From positions 51,720 through 115,719 of IMG/VR virus record IMGVR_UViG_3300049009_000811: a stretch of DNA of 64,000 nt. The stretch is one strand, 5' to 3'. Within the stretch, counting starts at the first letter, position 1. Each line of letters opens with the position of its first letter. Both the position numbers and the translations under genes were made by a program. This document shows, one piece after another, positions 9,570 to 18,959 of this stretch. The notes beneath the pieces are model-generated. The model was not told where the DNA came from, ran no database searches, and saw only the letters and a list, made by a program, of their open reading frames with translations. This DNA comes from a virus (taxonomy: Duplodnaviria; Caudoviricetes).

Positions 9570-9914
9570 TTACATGCTGAAGGAGCTTCCGCAGCCGCAG
9601 GTTGACTTCGCTTGCGGGTTGTCTATCCTGAAGCCGCGGGCGTTGAGGTCGTCGACGAAGTCGACGGTGGCGTCGCCGATGTACATGGCGCTCCTCTTGT
9701 CGAGGACGATCGTGACCCCGTTGACCTCGTGCCTCTCGTCTATCCTCTCGTTGAACTCCGTCTCCACGGTTATCTTGGACTGGAAGCCGGAACAGCCGCC
9801 GCCGACCACCTTCAGCCTTATGTGCATTTCTCCCGCGGACTGGTCTTGCGACTTCTGCTCCTCTATAGCCCTCGCTATCTCCGCGGCAGCCTTGTCTGTG
9901 ATCTTTATTGGCAT
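9570..9914 (-). CDS. iscA: A-type Fe-S carrier (IscA/ErpA/HesB family)
   Basis: GGGCSGF and TCGCGSSF motifs. Confidence 0.95.
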   Translation of the reverse strand: MPIKITDKAAAEIARAIEEQKSQDQSAGEMHIRLKVVGGGCSGFQSKITVETEFNERIDERHEVNGVTIVLDKRSAMYIGDATVDFVDDLNARGFRIDNPQAKSTCGCGSSFSM

Positions 9915-9995
9915 ATGTCTTCCTTTCTAGAAAAAACTTTCATTGGTTGTTCGCCCCATATCATTTTTGTGTCCGACTTTGCAAGATCAAGTGCT

Positions 9996-10652
9996 CTAGT
10001 TGATCCCGTCGTAGTTCTTGTTGCTAGGGGATTCGCCGAAAACTCCACGCATCCACGACTCGTTCTTGCCTGGCTGAACATTACCTTTCAAAGCGGAAAG
10101 CAAAGCTCTGGCGACAACTCTGTCTTTTTCTTGTTCGTCATTAGGCAATCCTGCATAATCAATGTTCATTAATTTTTGTCGTTGTTGAAGTTTTGCTTCT
10201 AATTTACCTGCTTCTTTTAACTTTGCAGTATCGTCGAATTGATCTGGATTCTGAACAAAAGCTTGAGCAGTAACATTCCAACCTTTATGTATAGCATCAC
10301 TGATCGCTTCAATGTCAGTAACGCCAGAGTCAATGATTTTCTTAGCGAACTCTGCTGACTTTAAATTAGCTTGCCATCCAAATGTATTGCCTGGAGTGCT
10401 TCGACCATAATGGTAAGCATCATCTAATGCTTTGTCGCTAATTGTCGCTAATTGTTGAATGTTTAAAGATGAAGCTGCTTGTGCTTGTGCCGCTCCCGGA
10501 GCTTGTGCTTGTGCCGCTCCCGGAGCTTGTGCTTGTGCCGCTCCCGGAGCTTGTGCTTGTGCCGCTCCCGGAGCTTGCGCTGCTCCTGCCGTTGGCGGAA
10601 TCTCGCCAGCCTCGTTGGTCCTGAGTTGCAGATACTCGTAGAAATTCATCAT
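9996..10652 (-). CDS. putative virion protein with RyR-like domain and Ala/Gln/Pro linker
   Basis: Leader MNFYEYL..NEA; AIHKGW...YAGLPNDEQEKDR resembles the RyR repeat consensus. Confidence 0.65.
   Translation of the reverse strand: MMNFYEYLQLRTNEAGEIPPTAGAAQAPGAAQAQAPGAAQAQAPGAAQAQAPGAAQAQAASSLNIQQLATISDKALDDAYHYGRSTPGNTFGWQANLKSAEFAKKIIDSGVTDIEAISDAIHKGWNVTAQAFVQNPDQFDDTAKLKEAGKLEAKLQQRQKLMNIDYAGLPNDEQEKDRVVARALLSALKGNVQPGKNESWMRGVFGESPSNKNYDGIN
10477..10577. repeat. 4 x 24-bp perfect tandem repeat (coding for APGAAQAQ)
   Basis: GCTTGTGCTTGTGCCGCTCCCGGA at 10477, 10501, 10525, 10549. Confidence 0.95.
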
Positions 10653-10715
10653 GACGACACCTTTTTTAAAAAACATTTGATGAATTATGTATGTCTCTAC
10701 GATGGAAAACAACGG

Positions 10716-10907
10716 TTATTTTTTGTTTTCCAGGCTTCTGTCCAAGATCCTCTCCGCGATGTCGACCATCACCGAGACGGATTCTTCGCCAGCCGAAGTC
10801 CTCCTCGCAGCCTCCTTCCGCAGGGACGCAAGGAAAAGCCTTTCCGCCTCGCCGAGGTTCGGGTCGTTGACGACTTCCGACAGCATGTTGTCGATGTCCA
10901 TGTCCAT
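10716..10907 (-). CDS. hypothetical protein
   Basis: SD GAGG before MDMDIDN. Confidence 0.6.
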   Translation of the reverse strand: MDMDIDNMLSEVVNDPNLGEAERLFLASLRKEAARRTSAGEESVSVMVDIAERILDRSLENKK

Positions 10908-11065
10908 GTGGCTACCTCTATCCAATGTGATTGTTTTCCGACACACCAAAATATCATATCCGCGTCGACAGGAGAATATGGTTTTCCGCATTATGGTCGG
11001 ATGATTTTCCTTCTGGGCACATAGATATCGGTGAGGCTGGAAAACTTATAATGGGGTGAGACAAC

Positions 11066-11731
11066 ATGAGATTCAAAGAGTGGCTGGTTCTTGGCGAGGC
11101 TTTGGACCCTACCAAGACATACGACAAGGCGTCAGACAAGTGGGTCCCGTTCGACCCCAACAGCATCGAGATCAAGAACGGCAAGGTAGATTTCTCCGTT
11201 GACGGAGAGGACTTCTTCGCGTCGTTCGCGCCCACGACGATAACGGCCAACCAAGTCAATCCGGCGCTTGGGGACCAGGAGTTCAAAGGCGTGTCCATAA
11301 GCTTCACCGGTCCAAGAGGTTTCTCCCTGACCGGGACAAGCAAGAACCCGACCGAGGTCTACGCCAACCTGGCGAAGGCGGTATATGGCTACACGTCCCA
11401 GAGGAACCCCGACTTCCTGACGTTCGGTCCAGCCAACGAGAAGATGAACGTCCCATACAAGCTCCTCTACGACGGTTTCCTCAGCAAGTCCTACCCGCTG
11501 GCGCACGCGTCTGACGACCAGAAGTATTTCGTGAGAAGGGACATTTTCGAGATGATGAAGAATCATTTCCCGAAACCAAGGGAAGAACACGAGGAAGAAT
11601 GGTCCAAAAGGGTCAAGGAAATAAAGGAAAAAAAGGTGAGGGAAAGAAAACCCGTTGGCTTTCTGAGCAAGCCGCCGAATGAAATCCCATATTCTTTCGA
11701 GCCAGAGCCAAGCTTCGGTCGTGACGTTTAA
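11066..11731 (+). CDS. putative head-internal protein
   Basis: Leader MRFKEWLVLGEA. Confidence 0.75.
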   Translation: MRFKEWLVLGEALDPTKTYDKASDKWVPFDPNSIEIKNGKVDFSVDGEDFFASFAPTTITANQVNPALGDQEFKGVSISFTGPRGFSLTGTSKNPTEVYANLAKAVYGYTSQRNPDFLTFGPANEKMNVPYKLLYDGFLSKSYPLAHASDDQKYFVRRDIFEMMKNHFPKPREEHEEEWSKRVKEIKEKKVRERKPVGFLSKPPNEIPYSFEPEPSFGRDV

Positions 11732-11761
11732 ACATCCAGAAAACAATCAAAGGACACCTCT

Positions 11762-13030
11762 ATGGCGAGAGTCATGACATTCATCGAGTACCTTGAGCAT
11801 CGAGACCCTTCGATGCACGCCGAGATCATCAACGAGGACCTAGCCGGGATCTACAGGAGAGGCAAGGAGATGGTCGGTCAGGCTTGGCAGGGGACGAAGG
11901 ACTTCGCCTCGAGTTTCATGTCCGAGCTGAAAAGCCAGATCGGGGAGTTCTCCGCGGACTTCAAGAGCATAAAGGGGATTTACGACAAGGGGGAGCTGAC
12001 CCCCAAGCTGGTGACGCTCATGAGGGAGAAGGGTCTGAGGCACAGGGACACGCTCATGGAACTCGGGAAACTGGGGATCATCCTCGGGACGGTCGGTCTG
12101 GTCGCGATGGGCGGCGCCGCAGGCAAGGCTCACGCCCCGACCGTGCAGCACGACTACGACCATGACGGCGGCGACCACTCCCATGACGGCGCTGACCACT
12201 CCCACGACGGCGGTATCGGCGTACTCGCCGGGAAGGAAGGGATCAAGATAGCCAAGGCTATAGACAGCAAATACAAGCTGTCGCCGGAAGGCAAGGCTAA
12301 GCTCAAGACCATGAAGATGATCAAGCCATCTGAGATACTGAAGAAGCTCTACGGCGACGAGGACTACGAGAAGGTCGTCAGGACGGCAGCCAAGGAGCAG
12401 GGCGCGCAGAATGTACATGGGGTTGAGATTCCCGCGTTGAACTCCCCGGTCACGACCATGGCGGACAAGATGGACGACCCGATCCCGGTGATTTTCGCCA
12501 ACGCCTCTGATTTCGGAGTGCAGAACGCCGGCGGGTTCTGCGCCTCGCTTAATATCGACGGCAAGCTTCAGAAGTTCTGCGTCGTCGAGAGCGAGAGCGA
12601 AATACACACCCTTGCCCACGAGCTTCGCCACACGACGCAGGACAACCGCGGCAGCGGCAGCTACCTGGACGACAATAGCGGCAAATACAACGTCGGAGAC
12701 CTGAGTGACCTGGAAAGGTACTCGGCGGACCAGAACGAGATAGGTGTTAGGATAGCCGGGATGAAGCAGACATATCTGGACAAGATGAAGACGGAGAATC
12801 CGCAGACCTACCAGAAGCTCAAGTCGAACGATTTCAAGATGGGCGACGGCGACACCAATGCCCTGATACATTATTTCTACAAGAACCCTGGCAAGTTCAG
12901 CTATGACGTGCAGCAGATGAAGCACACGCTGGACAACGCCAAGGACCTCGACAAGCTCATAGGCGTTTTCAAGGACGAGATAAACAAGGTCGTCGATGCC
13001 GGACAGGGTCGCGGAGACGGCTTGGCTTGA
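11762..13030 (+). CDS. putative virion-packaged HExxH metallopeptidase with TM helix and His-rich linker
   Basis: Leader MTFIEYLE; hydrophobic helix; HDYDHDGGDHSHDGADHSHDGG; LAHELRH...Y..DQNE. Confidence 0.7.
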   Translation: MARVMTFIEYLEHRDPSMHAEIINEDLAGIYRRGKEMVGQAWQGTKDFASSFMSELKSQIGEFSADFKSIKGIYDKGELTPKLVTLMREKGLRHRDTLMELGKLGIILGTVGLVAMGGAAGKAHAPTVQHDYDHDGGDHSHDGADHSHDGGIGVLAGKEGIKIAKAIDSKYKLSPEGKAKLKTMKMIKPSEILKKLYGDEDYEKVVRTAAKEQGAQNVHGVEIPALNSPVTTMADKMDDPIPVIFANASDFGVQNAGGFCASLNIDGKLQKFCVVESESEIHTLAHELRHTTQDNRGSGSYLDDNSGKYNVGDLSDLERYSADQNEIGVRIAGMKQTYLDKMKTENPQTYQKLKSNDFKMGDGDTNALIHYFYKNPGKFSYDVQQMKHTLDNAKDLDKLIGVFKDEINKVVDAGQGRGDGLA

Positions 13031-13034
13031 TTCC

Positions 13035-13496
13035 TTACCCTATGCAGGTCACCTTCACGTCGTCGATCTTGACGGAATCCCCTTTTTCGCATGAGTCGAT
13101 CCAGCCGTCCTCGAAATCGTAGTCGAGCGTTTTAAGCTTGGAGGCGGTTACCGTGCTGGATATTCCGCGACCGGTAAGGTCCTTGAGGATGAATTTCTTT
13201 TCATCGCCTTCTTTTTTCTCGAAGATATATGTTATGCCCTGGTCGTTGTTCGTGATCCAGACTATCTCGGCGTTGTTTTCGTTTCTCGACTTGCCGGCTG
13301 AAACAGCCTCGCAGGTCTGGAACTGACCCCTGTAGGACTGAGGTATGAGGCTTATCGCGCTCTCCACCTCGATCCTCTCGCTGTTCTCCTCAAGGTTCGA
13401 TAGGTTCTCGCTGTTGTACGTGCCTATGAATCCGTAGCTGTCCGATGTTTCCTCTACCGTCTGGCGGAAGCTCATCCATTCGTTGAATTTTCTCAC
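13035..13496 (-). CDS. putative head-internal protein
   Basis: Leader MRKFNEWMSFR..VEE. Confidence 0.7.
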   Translation of the reverse strand: MRKFNEWMSFRQTVEETSDSYGFIGTYNSENLSNLEENSERIEVESAISLIPQSYRGQFQTCEAVSAGKSRNENNAEIVWITNNDQGITYIFEKKEGDEKKFILKDLTGRGISSTVTASKLKTLDYDFEDGWIDSCEKGDSVKIDDVKVTCIG

Positions 13497-13558
13497 TGGT
13501 TCTCCTTTGCTCGTGTGTGTTATATATAATTGGTCGTAATTTTTTCGAGGAAATAATA

Positions 13559-13879
13559 TTGAGAGACAACATCGTCGCGCCGACCCTTACCGCCACAAAC
13601 GACCCGAGCCGCAGCCCGCAGTCCAGCGAGGTCACGGCTCAGGTCGAATCCGTGTTCTTGGCTTCCGGCGAGATAAGGAGGATGTCGCCCAGGGAATACG
13701 AGAGGCTTCAAGGTTTCCCCGATGACTGGACTATGGTCCCGCAGAACGGCAAGCCAGCCGCGAGATGCCCCAACGGTCCGAGGTACAAGGCTATCGGCAA
13801 CAGCATGGCTGTGACTTGCATGCGGTGGATAGGTCGGAGGATATTGAGGAGTCAAGCCCCGGCGGACCTCAGTATCTGA
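13559..13879 (+). CDS. free-standing C5 DNA methyltransferase C-terminal module (TRD + motifs IX/X)
   Basis: VAPTLTA TRD; RRMSPREYERLQGFPDDWT; RYKAIGNSM; TTG start after GAGGA, TATAAT upstream. Confidence 0.8.
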   Translation: MRDNIVAPTLTATNDPSRSPQSSEVTAQVESVFLASGEIRRMSPREYERLQGFPDDWTMVPQNGKPAARCPNGPRYKAIGNSMAVTCMRWIGRRILRSQAPADLSI

Positions 13880-14484
13880 TCCTTCGTCATGTTGACAGAC
13901 GCCTTGGCGAAAGCCGGCAGGTCCAGGATGTCTGGAGAGTCGCAGGCTGACCTGTGCGACGAGTAGGCGCACATCCTCACGTAGTCGCCCGAGGATACGG
14001 CGTTCGAGAGCGGGTGGGCTGGGGAGATGTACGCCTCGGAAGGTTCCAGGTCCTCGGATATCATGGACATTAGCCTCTCGGAGAAGGACCTAGCCGTTTC
14101 AGGCGAGCCGTTCGACTCGTCGAGGCATCCCAAGACCCAGTCACGGACCTCCTTGTTGCCGACTATGTTGAGGCACAGGAGCGCGGCGAACCTGAATCGC
14201 TGCTGGTCGGTTATGTTAGGTCTGGCGGATTCGGCGACGCACCTTATCTTGGAGTAGTGGCGCCTAGCCTTGTCCTCGCCTATCTTCTCGAACGACTCGA
14301 CCTCCCAGAATCTCGGTTCTAGCAGTCCCTCGAAGCTTGGCTGCATAAGCTCCGCAACGTTCAAGTCCTTGTATGGCGTGAATATGTAGTTAGGGTTGTC
14401 GGTTTCGTACGATTCCCCCGGTTTCATCTCCAGACCGGAGAAATGCCTTCCGTGCTTGTCCGTGACTAGGTAAGAAATGGTCAT
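13852..14484 (-). CDS. hypothetical protein
   Basis: SD GGAG before MTISYLVTD. Confidence 0.7.
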   Translation of the reverse strand: MTISYLVTDKHGRHFSGLEMKPGESYETDNPNYIFTPYKDLNVAELMQPSFEGLLEPRFWEVESFEKIGEDKARRHYSKIRCVAESARPNITDQQRFRFAALLCLNIVGNKEVRDWVLGCLDESNGSPETARSFSERLMSMISEDLEPSEAYISPAHPLSNAVSSGDYVRMCAYSSHRSACDSPDILDLPAFAKASVNMTKDQILRSAGA

Positions 14485-14588
14485 GATATAGCTCCCGATT
14501 TTTCTGGCTGTTGTTGTTTGGCGACTCCCTTTAGAAGAGTGTCCCGACATCACTCTAATATGTTGATGTTTCCCAGGAGTGAAAAAAA

Positions 14589-15419
14589 ATGAAGAGAATG
14601 ATGTTTGTGTTGTTTTCGGCTTTCGCCGCGGGATCTTTTTTGGGCATAGCCCTCAAGCCTTCGTTCATGGAGGTCGAGTCGAAAGAGGAGGGCAAGACCG
14701 AGGACATAGTGGCGTATCCGCAGCCAAGGTGGTACATCCAGGACGTCATAGGCAAGAAGGATCTGAGGCTCGGCGCGGTTCTCTCCGACATAAGGTCGCA
14801 CATAAGCGACGGGGGCTACTACGACGACGGCGACAAGGTTACTTCTGGTCACGAGACGACCCACGGGATAAACTCCATGGTCAGGAACAGGCTCTACAAT
14901 GGTAAGCCGATAAACGCGTTCTACTGCCTTGACGGAAAGGTTTCCGTTCTCGACGAGCCTAGAACCAGAATAGAGGTTGTCGCCCGCGAGGTGCCGCGCA
15001 GCCTTAGGGGCGGGGTTTACGGGCTGTACATGGTCGAGCAGGCTTCGACATGGGGAGACAGGGCTCTGTACATACTGGACGAGTGGGTCTGCTACACTAA
15101 CGGCAGCGCTGTCCGCAAGGACCTTGGGATGTCCGGGAGGGCTGAGACCGTCCTGTACATGCTAGAGTTCGACGTCTACGTCATGACGCTGGCGAAAGTC
15201 CTTGAGGATCTCGAGCCTGGATATTCCTTCGGCGGGTTCAAGGACTTCGTGAGGTGGAACGTCGAGAGGAGCATGAGCCTTTACAACGGCGAGAGGGAAG
15301 CCGGTGAATACCTGGCGAAGCTTCGCGGGAACGCGGACGCCGCGGGATTGAGGTCTTTCATGATTGGCTATTTCGGTCGAAGGTGGTGCGTGGACGTCTT
15401 GGGCGTCGGTGGAGTCTGA
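14589..15419 (+). CDS. exported HExxH metallopeptidase-like protein
   Basis: Signal or anchor peptide; GHETTHG; YILDEW third ligand candidate. Confidence 0.7.
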   Translation: MKRMMFVLFSAFAAGSFLGIALKPSFMEVESKEEGKTEDIVAYPQPRWYIQDVIGKKDLRLGAVLSDIRSHISDGGYYDDGDKVTSGHETTHGINSMVRNRLYNGKPINAFYCLDGKVSVLDEPRTRIEVVAREVPRSLRGGVYGLYMVEQASTWGDRALYILDEWVCYTNGSAVRKDLGMSGRAETVLYMLEFDVYVMTLAKVLEDLEPGYSFGGFKDFVRWNVERSMSLYNGEREAGEYLAKLRGNADAAGLRSFMIGYFGRRWCVDVLGVGGV

Positions 15420-15420
15420 C

Positions 15421-16152
15421 CTACAGCTTCGTGACGCCGTTCACGAGGAGTTTCCTCCTCTCCCTGTACCTGCCGATCTTTTCAGGGTTGACTTCCCTTC
15501 TGAAGTTCGACTTGCTGCTGTCGTCGAATTCGAAGCCGAAGTATTCGATGTCCTTCCTGTATATGCTTCCGACCATGTCCACCATCTTGTCCGTGTAGTA
15601 TGTCCTGTAGTCCTCGTGCTTGCTCCTGTTCGCGTGGGGTAGCTTTTTCCTGTTTCCCGTGATGTCGGACACGAGCTTGAAGTCCTCTTCGTAGGTGTGG
15701 ATGCTGCAGAAGTAGTCGACCAGGATCTCCCCGTCGGCGCTCACCCAGTCCATGACCGGACTGAGGTAGAACCAATACCGGTTGTCTCCGTCGTGTTCCA
15801 TGTGGATCTCGTCGTCGGTCTGAATGGCGATGTAGTCCTCCATGGTCATTTTCGATATGTGCTTTTCTTTTTTTCTTTTGCTTCTGCCGTTCATGGACAC
15901 GCTTTGGTTATCGAGGAGGTACAAGTAGGCTGAAACCATCCTCTCCCAAGGGTTCCTCGTGTTGGCGAACACGAGGTAGTTTTCGAGGTTTATCTTCTTG
16001 TTGCGGTAGTGCTGCATCGAATAGTGGAGCGGCGACCATTCAGTGTTGCCGAATTCGTTGATGACGGAGCAATTGCCGAAAAGGTCTATTATCGACCACC
16101 CGCCGGTCTTCGGCGGGTGTATGAAAATTATTTTCTCCATCTCGTTTATCAT
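15421..16152 (-). CDS. sulfotransferase family 2 protein
   Basis: FIHPPKTGGWSI (5'PSB), RNPWERMVSAY (3'PB), HANRSKHEDYRTYY...KDIEYFGFEF. Confidence 0.9.
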   Translation of the reverse strand: MINEMEKIIFIHPPKTGGWSIIDLFGNCSVINEFGNTEWSPLHYSMQHYRNKKINLENYLVFANTRNPWERMVSAYLYLLDNQSVSMNGRSKRKKEKHISKMTMEDYIAIQTDDEIHMEHDGDNRYWFYLSPVMDWVSADGEILVDYFCSIHTYEEDFKLVSDITGNRKKLPHANRSKHEDYRTYYTDKMVDMVGSIYRKDIEYFGFEFDDSSKSNFRREVNPEKIGRYRERRKLLVNGVTKL

Positions 16153-16243
16153 ATGTTTATGTAGGCATCCTTGCCTGAAGATCAATCCGTTGAATGTATA
16201 TATCATCGAAGCCTAGCCTAGTCAAACAACTTTCGCAACAATC

Positions 16244-16579
16244 TCACGGATGGCGCATGCTGAGTTTCATCACGACCATGCCGATGACAACCATTATCGA
16301 GCCGACAAAGAATCCCCTTGTCGGGTTTATGCCGTATATTAGGTACGGCACGATGACGTCGACTAGTATGACCGAGAACTCCCAGGCTAGGCTGAACATC
16401 AGCAGCCTTTCGCTCCCGTTGGTGATCCTTGTGCCGAAAGCCCACATAGTGCCGCACACGAGGCTGAAGGATACGCACACCGGCACGTAGTACCACGCGT
16501 TCCTGAAGGAATCGTTGTATGACAGCGACATCGATATTCCGTAAAGGAAAAAAACGATCAATACTATTATGTTCTCCAT
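16244..16579 (-). CDS. four-TM membrane protein (SMR/DMT-like)
   Basis: Four hydrophobic helices in 111 aa. Confidence 0.65.
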   Translation of the reverse strand: MENIIVLIVFFLYGISMSLSYNDSFRNAWYYVPVCVSFSLVCGTMWAFGTRITNGSERLLMFSLAWEFSVILVDVIVPYLIYGINPTRGFFVGSIMVVIGMVVMKLSMRHP

Positions 16580-16627
16580 ATAGTTATATGAAGAAGCGGG
16601 AGAAGTAAATTACCCGGAAAAATGCTC

Positions 16628-16669
16628 AAAAAAAAGACCGGTCCTTTTTTCGGACCGGTATTTTTTTTT
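16628..16669. terminator. intrinsic (bidirectional) terminator
   Basis: Stem ACCGGTCC/GGACCGGT flanked by an A-run and a T-run. Confidence 0.75.
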
Positions 16670-16926
16670 CAATGCCCCTCGGCTATTTTCTGGGCTTTCC
16701 TGTAATCTCCCTTTCCGAGGGCTTTTCTCATCTTCTTTTTACTCAGAATCTCGCACAGGGTGATTATCACGGACGTGGTGACTGGCTTGCTGAAGAAAAC
16801 AAGCCTTTCGTCTTCGTCGTGACCTATGTGGCATATCAATTCTCCGGTGGACTTGTCGACGAACCTCACCACGTTTTCCCCCATGCCCAACAAGTCGGAC
16901 TTGCCGGACTCCTCCTCTTTGAACAT
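16669..16926 (-). CDS. hypothetical protein
   Basis: ORF with SD AAGGA. Confidence 0.65.
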   Translation of the reverse strand: MFKEEESGKSDLLGMGENVVRFVDKSTGELICHIGHDEDERLVFFSKPVTTSVIITLCEILSKKKMRKALGKGDYRKAQKIAEGH

Positions 16927-16937
16927 TCGAGCGTCCT

Positions 16938-17345
16938 TTACTTCTTGATTTTAGGGTCCTTGTTCGCTTCGGGCGTGATGGCTACTGGTTCTGGGATCAT
17001 CCAGCGGGCATGACCTTCCTTCGTGAAGTTGAACTGCTTTATGGCGGTGTGGTATCCGTCGGCGTACGAAGCCGTTCCGGCGACCTTCAGCGCCGAGTCC
17101 CATCCGTCCTGGAAAGAACCGGGGGATTGCGGTCCGCCCATTTTTATGAGCGCGTCCCTGTATCCGTCGTTGTAGGACGGCGATGTCTGCAGGGAGCCTA
17201 TCTCGTTAGCCATCAGCGAGTTCTCGAACTTGAGTATCTGCGAGTACAGGTTCGCGCTTCTGGCGTCGTAGTCCTTGTAGGCTGCGAAAGCCAGGGAAAC
17301 CAAGGTTGCCGCGCACGAAGCGACCAAAATCTTTCTCGAATCCAT
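16938..17345 (-). CDS. membrane-anchored hypothetical protein
   Basis: N-terminal hydrophobic helix; YxDGY repeats; SD AGGAG. Confidence 0.65.
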   Translation of the reverse strand: MDSRKILVASCAATLVSLAFAAYKDYDARSANLYSQILKFENSLMANEIGSLQTSPSYNDGYRDALIKMGGPQSPGSFQDGWDSALKVAGTASYADGYHTAIKQFNFTKEGHARWMIPEPVAITPEANKDPKIKK

Positions 17346-17419
17346 GAAAAACACTCCTTTCATTTTAGTGTTGCCGATAGGCAGTAGGTTACCAGCGACG
17401 GAAACAAAATCAATGGCAA

Positions 17420-18031
17420 TCAGGAGTTTTTTTCCAGTTTGTATTCGACCGCCACGTTTACCGTCATCGTGGGGACTCCGATGTCGGTGCATATGTTGAC
17501 CTTTTTGGCTTGCGCAGCCGTGAGGAAAAGGTCGGCGTTGTTCTTGTCGTGTAGCATCTCGAGGAAGAAGCCGGGTTTCTTCCCGCAGTTCTTCGACATG
17601 ATCTTGAATATGAGCTTGTTGAGCCTGTCCGTCTCCTTCACGTCAGCCTTTATATCCTCCGTCTTGCCAAACGACCTTGACGACACCTCGTGTATCATGA
17701 GGGTCGCGTGCGGGGACATGTACCTCCTGTCGCCCATGGCGAACAGTATGGCTCCGCACGACATTGCTTTGCTCTCGACTATTGTGTGGCACGGGAGCGG
17801 ACATGTCTCTATCCTGCCGACCATCTCCAGCAGGCTGTAGACTTCGCCGCCGTACGAGTCTACGACTATGGGGATGAACGGCTGCCCGGAGTTGGAAGCC
17901 TTGTCCATCTGTTCCGAGAAGTCCTGGCACGACGTCCCGGAGAAGTTCTTGACCCTGATGACGACCGGCTGGTCCATCAGTTCCTCGAGCTTGCACTTGA
18001 TGGCTTTGTCCACTTTTATCGTCTTGTGCAT
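17420..18031 (-). CDS. clpP: ATP-dependent Clp protease proteolytic subunit-like
   Basis: DSYGGEV, KAMSCGA (catalytic Ser), MIHE (His), DLFLTA (Asp). Confidence 0.9.
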   Translation of the reverse strand: MHKTIKVDKAIKCKLEELMDQPVVIRVKNFSGTSCQDFSEQMDKASNSGQPFIPIVVDSYGGEVYSLLEMVGRIETCPLPCHTIVESKAMSCGAILFAMGDRRYMSPHATLMIHEVSSRSFGKTEDIKADVKETDRLNKLIFKIMSKNCGKKPGFFLEMLHDKNNADLFLTAAQAKKVNICTDIGVPTMTVNVAVEYKLEKNS

Positions 18032-18032
18032 T

Positions 18033-18890
18033 TCACCTCGGTTTTTCCAGGTATGACTTCGCCACGTTCGACATCCTCATGAACGCCATTGTCGGCGAGT
18101 ATTCGGACAGAACCTTGAACGGGTTCCCGAAGGAGAAGTATTCCGGCGGCTTGAATCCGAACATGTTCTTGCTGAATATAGGCATGTATCCGTTTCTGTA
18201 GCTTATAAAGCTTTTGGGATGGTTGCTGAAAAGGTCGCAGTCGAGCTCGTATGTCCCCAGCGCGTTGTACTTGCCGACATACTTGTGCAGCTGCACGTTC
18301 ATGGCTACGTTGACGCTTTCCGACCAAGGTTCCTTCCCGGACTTGATCTGGTTGAATATGTACTGCTCGCACAGGTTTATTGTCTCGTCGAAGAATTCGC
18401 TAGGGAAGCCGCCGAAGAACATGGTCCCGTAGGCGCTCGGCCATTTTTCCGAAGTCAATTCCTTTGGGTCGATGCCGAAGTGTTCCTTGAAGCCGGTCTT
18501 CCCGTCTATGAACTCGGGGGTGAAGTAAGGGTCGATCTGGAACCGGCAGAAAACCTGATCTTGGATGTCCTGGGGCTTGCTGAATATGATGGAGTCGAGG
18601 TCGAGCATGACGAACTGGTCGGATAGAGCCTTGTCCTTCATGGCGAAGCTGACCGCGTAAAGCTTGTTGAGCGTCTCGAACCCCCTGACTTCGCCTATGT
18701 TCGTGTGCACGAACTTTCTGGCGTGGTTGTTGATGTTCGACGAGAATTCGGGCAGCAGTTTCGAGTCTTCCCTCGAGGCGATGCATATCAGGAGCTTGTC
18801 CTCCAGCCCGATGGTCTTGAAGCTCTCTATCATAAGCTCAAGCTGCCACTGGTTTTGCGGGGTAAGCTCTGTGCTCACGAAAAAATCCAT
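18033..18890 (-). CDS. GT-A glycosyltransferase-like protein
   Basis: QWQ.ELM..SF, LNK..A, FVMLDLDSII (DxD). Confidence 0.6.
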   Translation of the reverse strand: MDFFVSTELTPQNQWQLELMIESFKTIGLEDKLLICIASREDSKLLPEFSSNINNHARKFVHTNIGEVRGFETLNKLYAVSFAMKDKALSDQFVMLDLDSIIFSKPQDIQDQVFCRFQIDPYFTPEFIDGKTGFKEHFGIDPKELTSEKWPSAYGTMFFGGFPSEFFDETINLCEQYIFNQIKSGKEPWSESVNVAMNVQLHKYVGKYNALGTYELDCDLFSNHPKSFISYRNGYMPIFSKNMFGFKPPEYFSFGNPFKVLSEYSPTMAFMRMSNVAKSYLEKPR

Positions 18891-18959
18891 AAAATCTCCT
18901 TTGTTGTGTTTAAATTAGTGTGGAAAAGACTAAAATGTAATCAGAAAGGCGGTTTGAAC

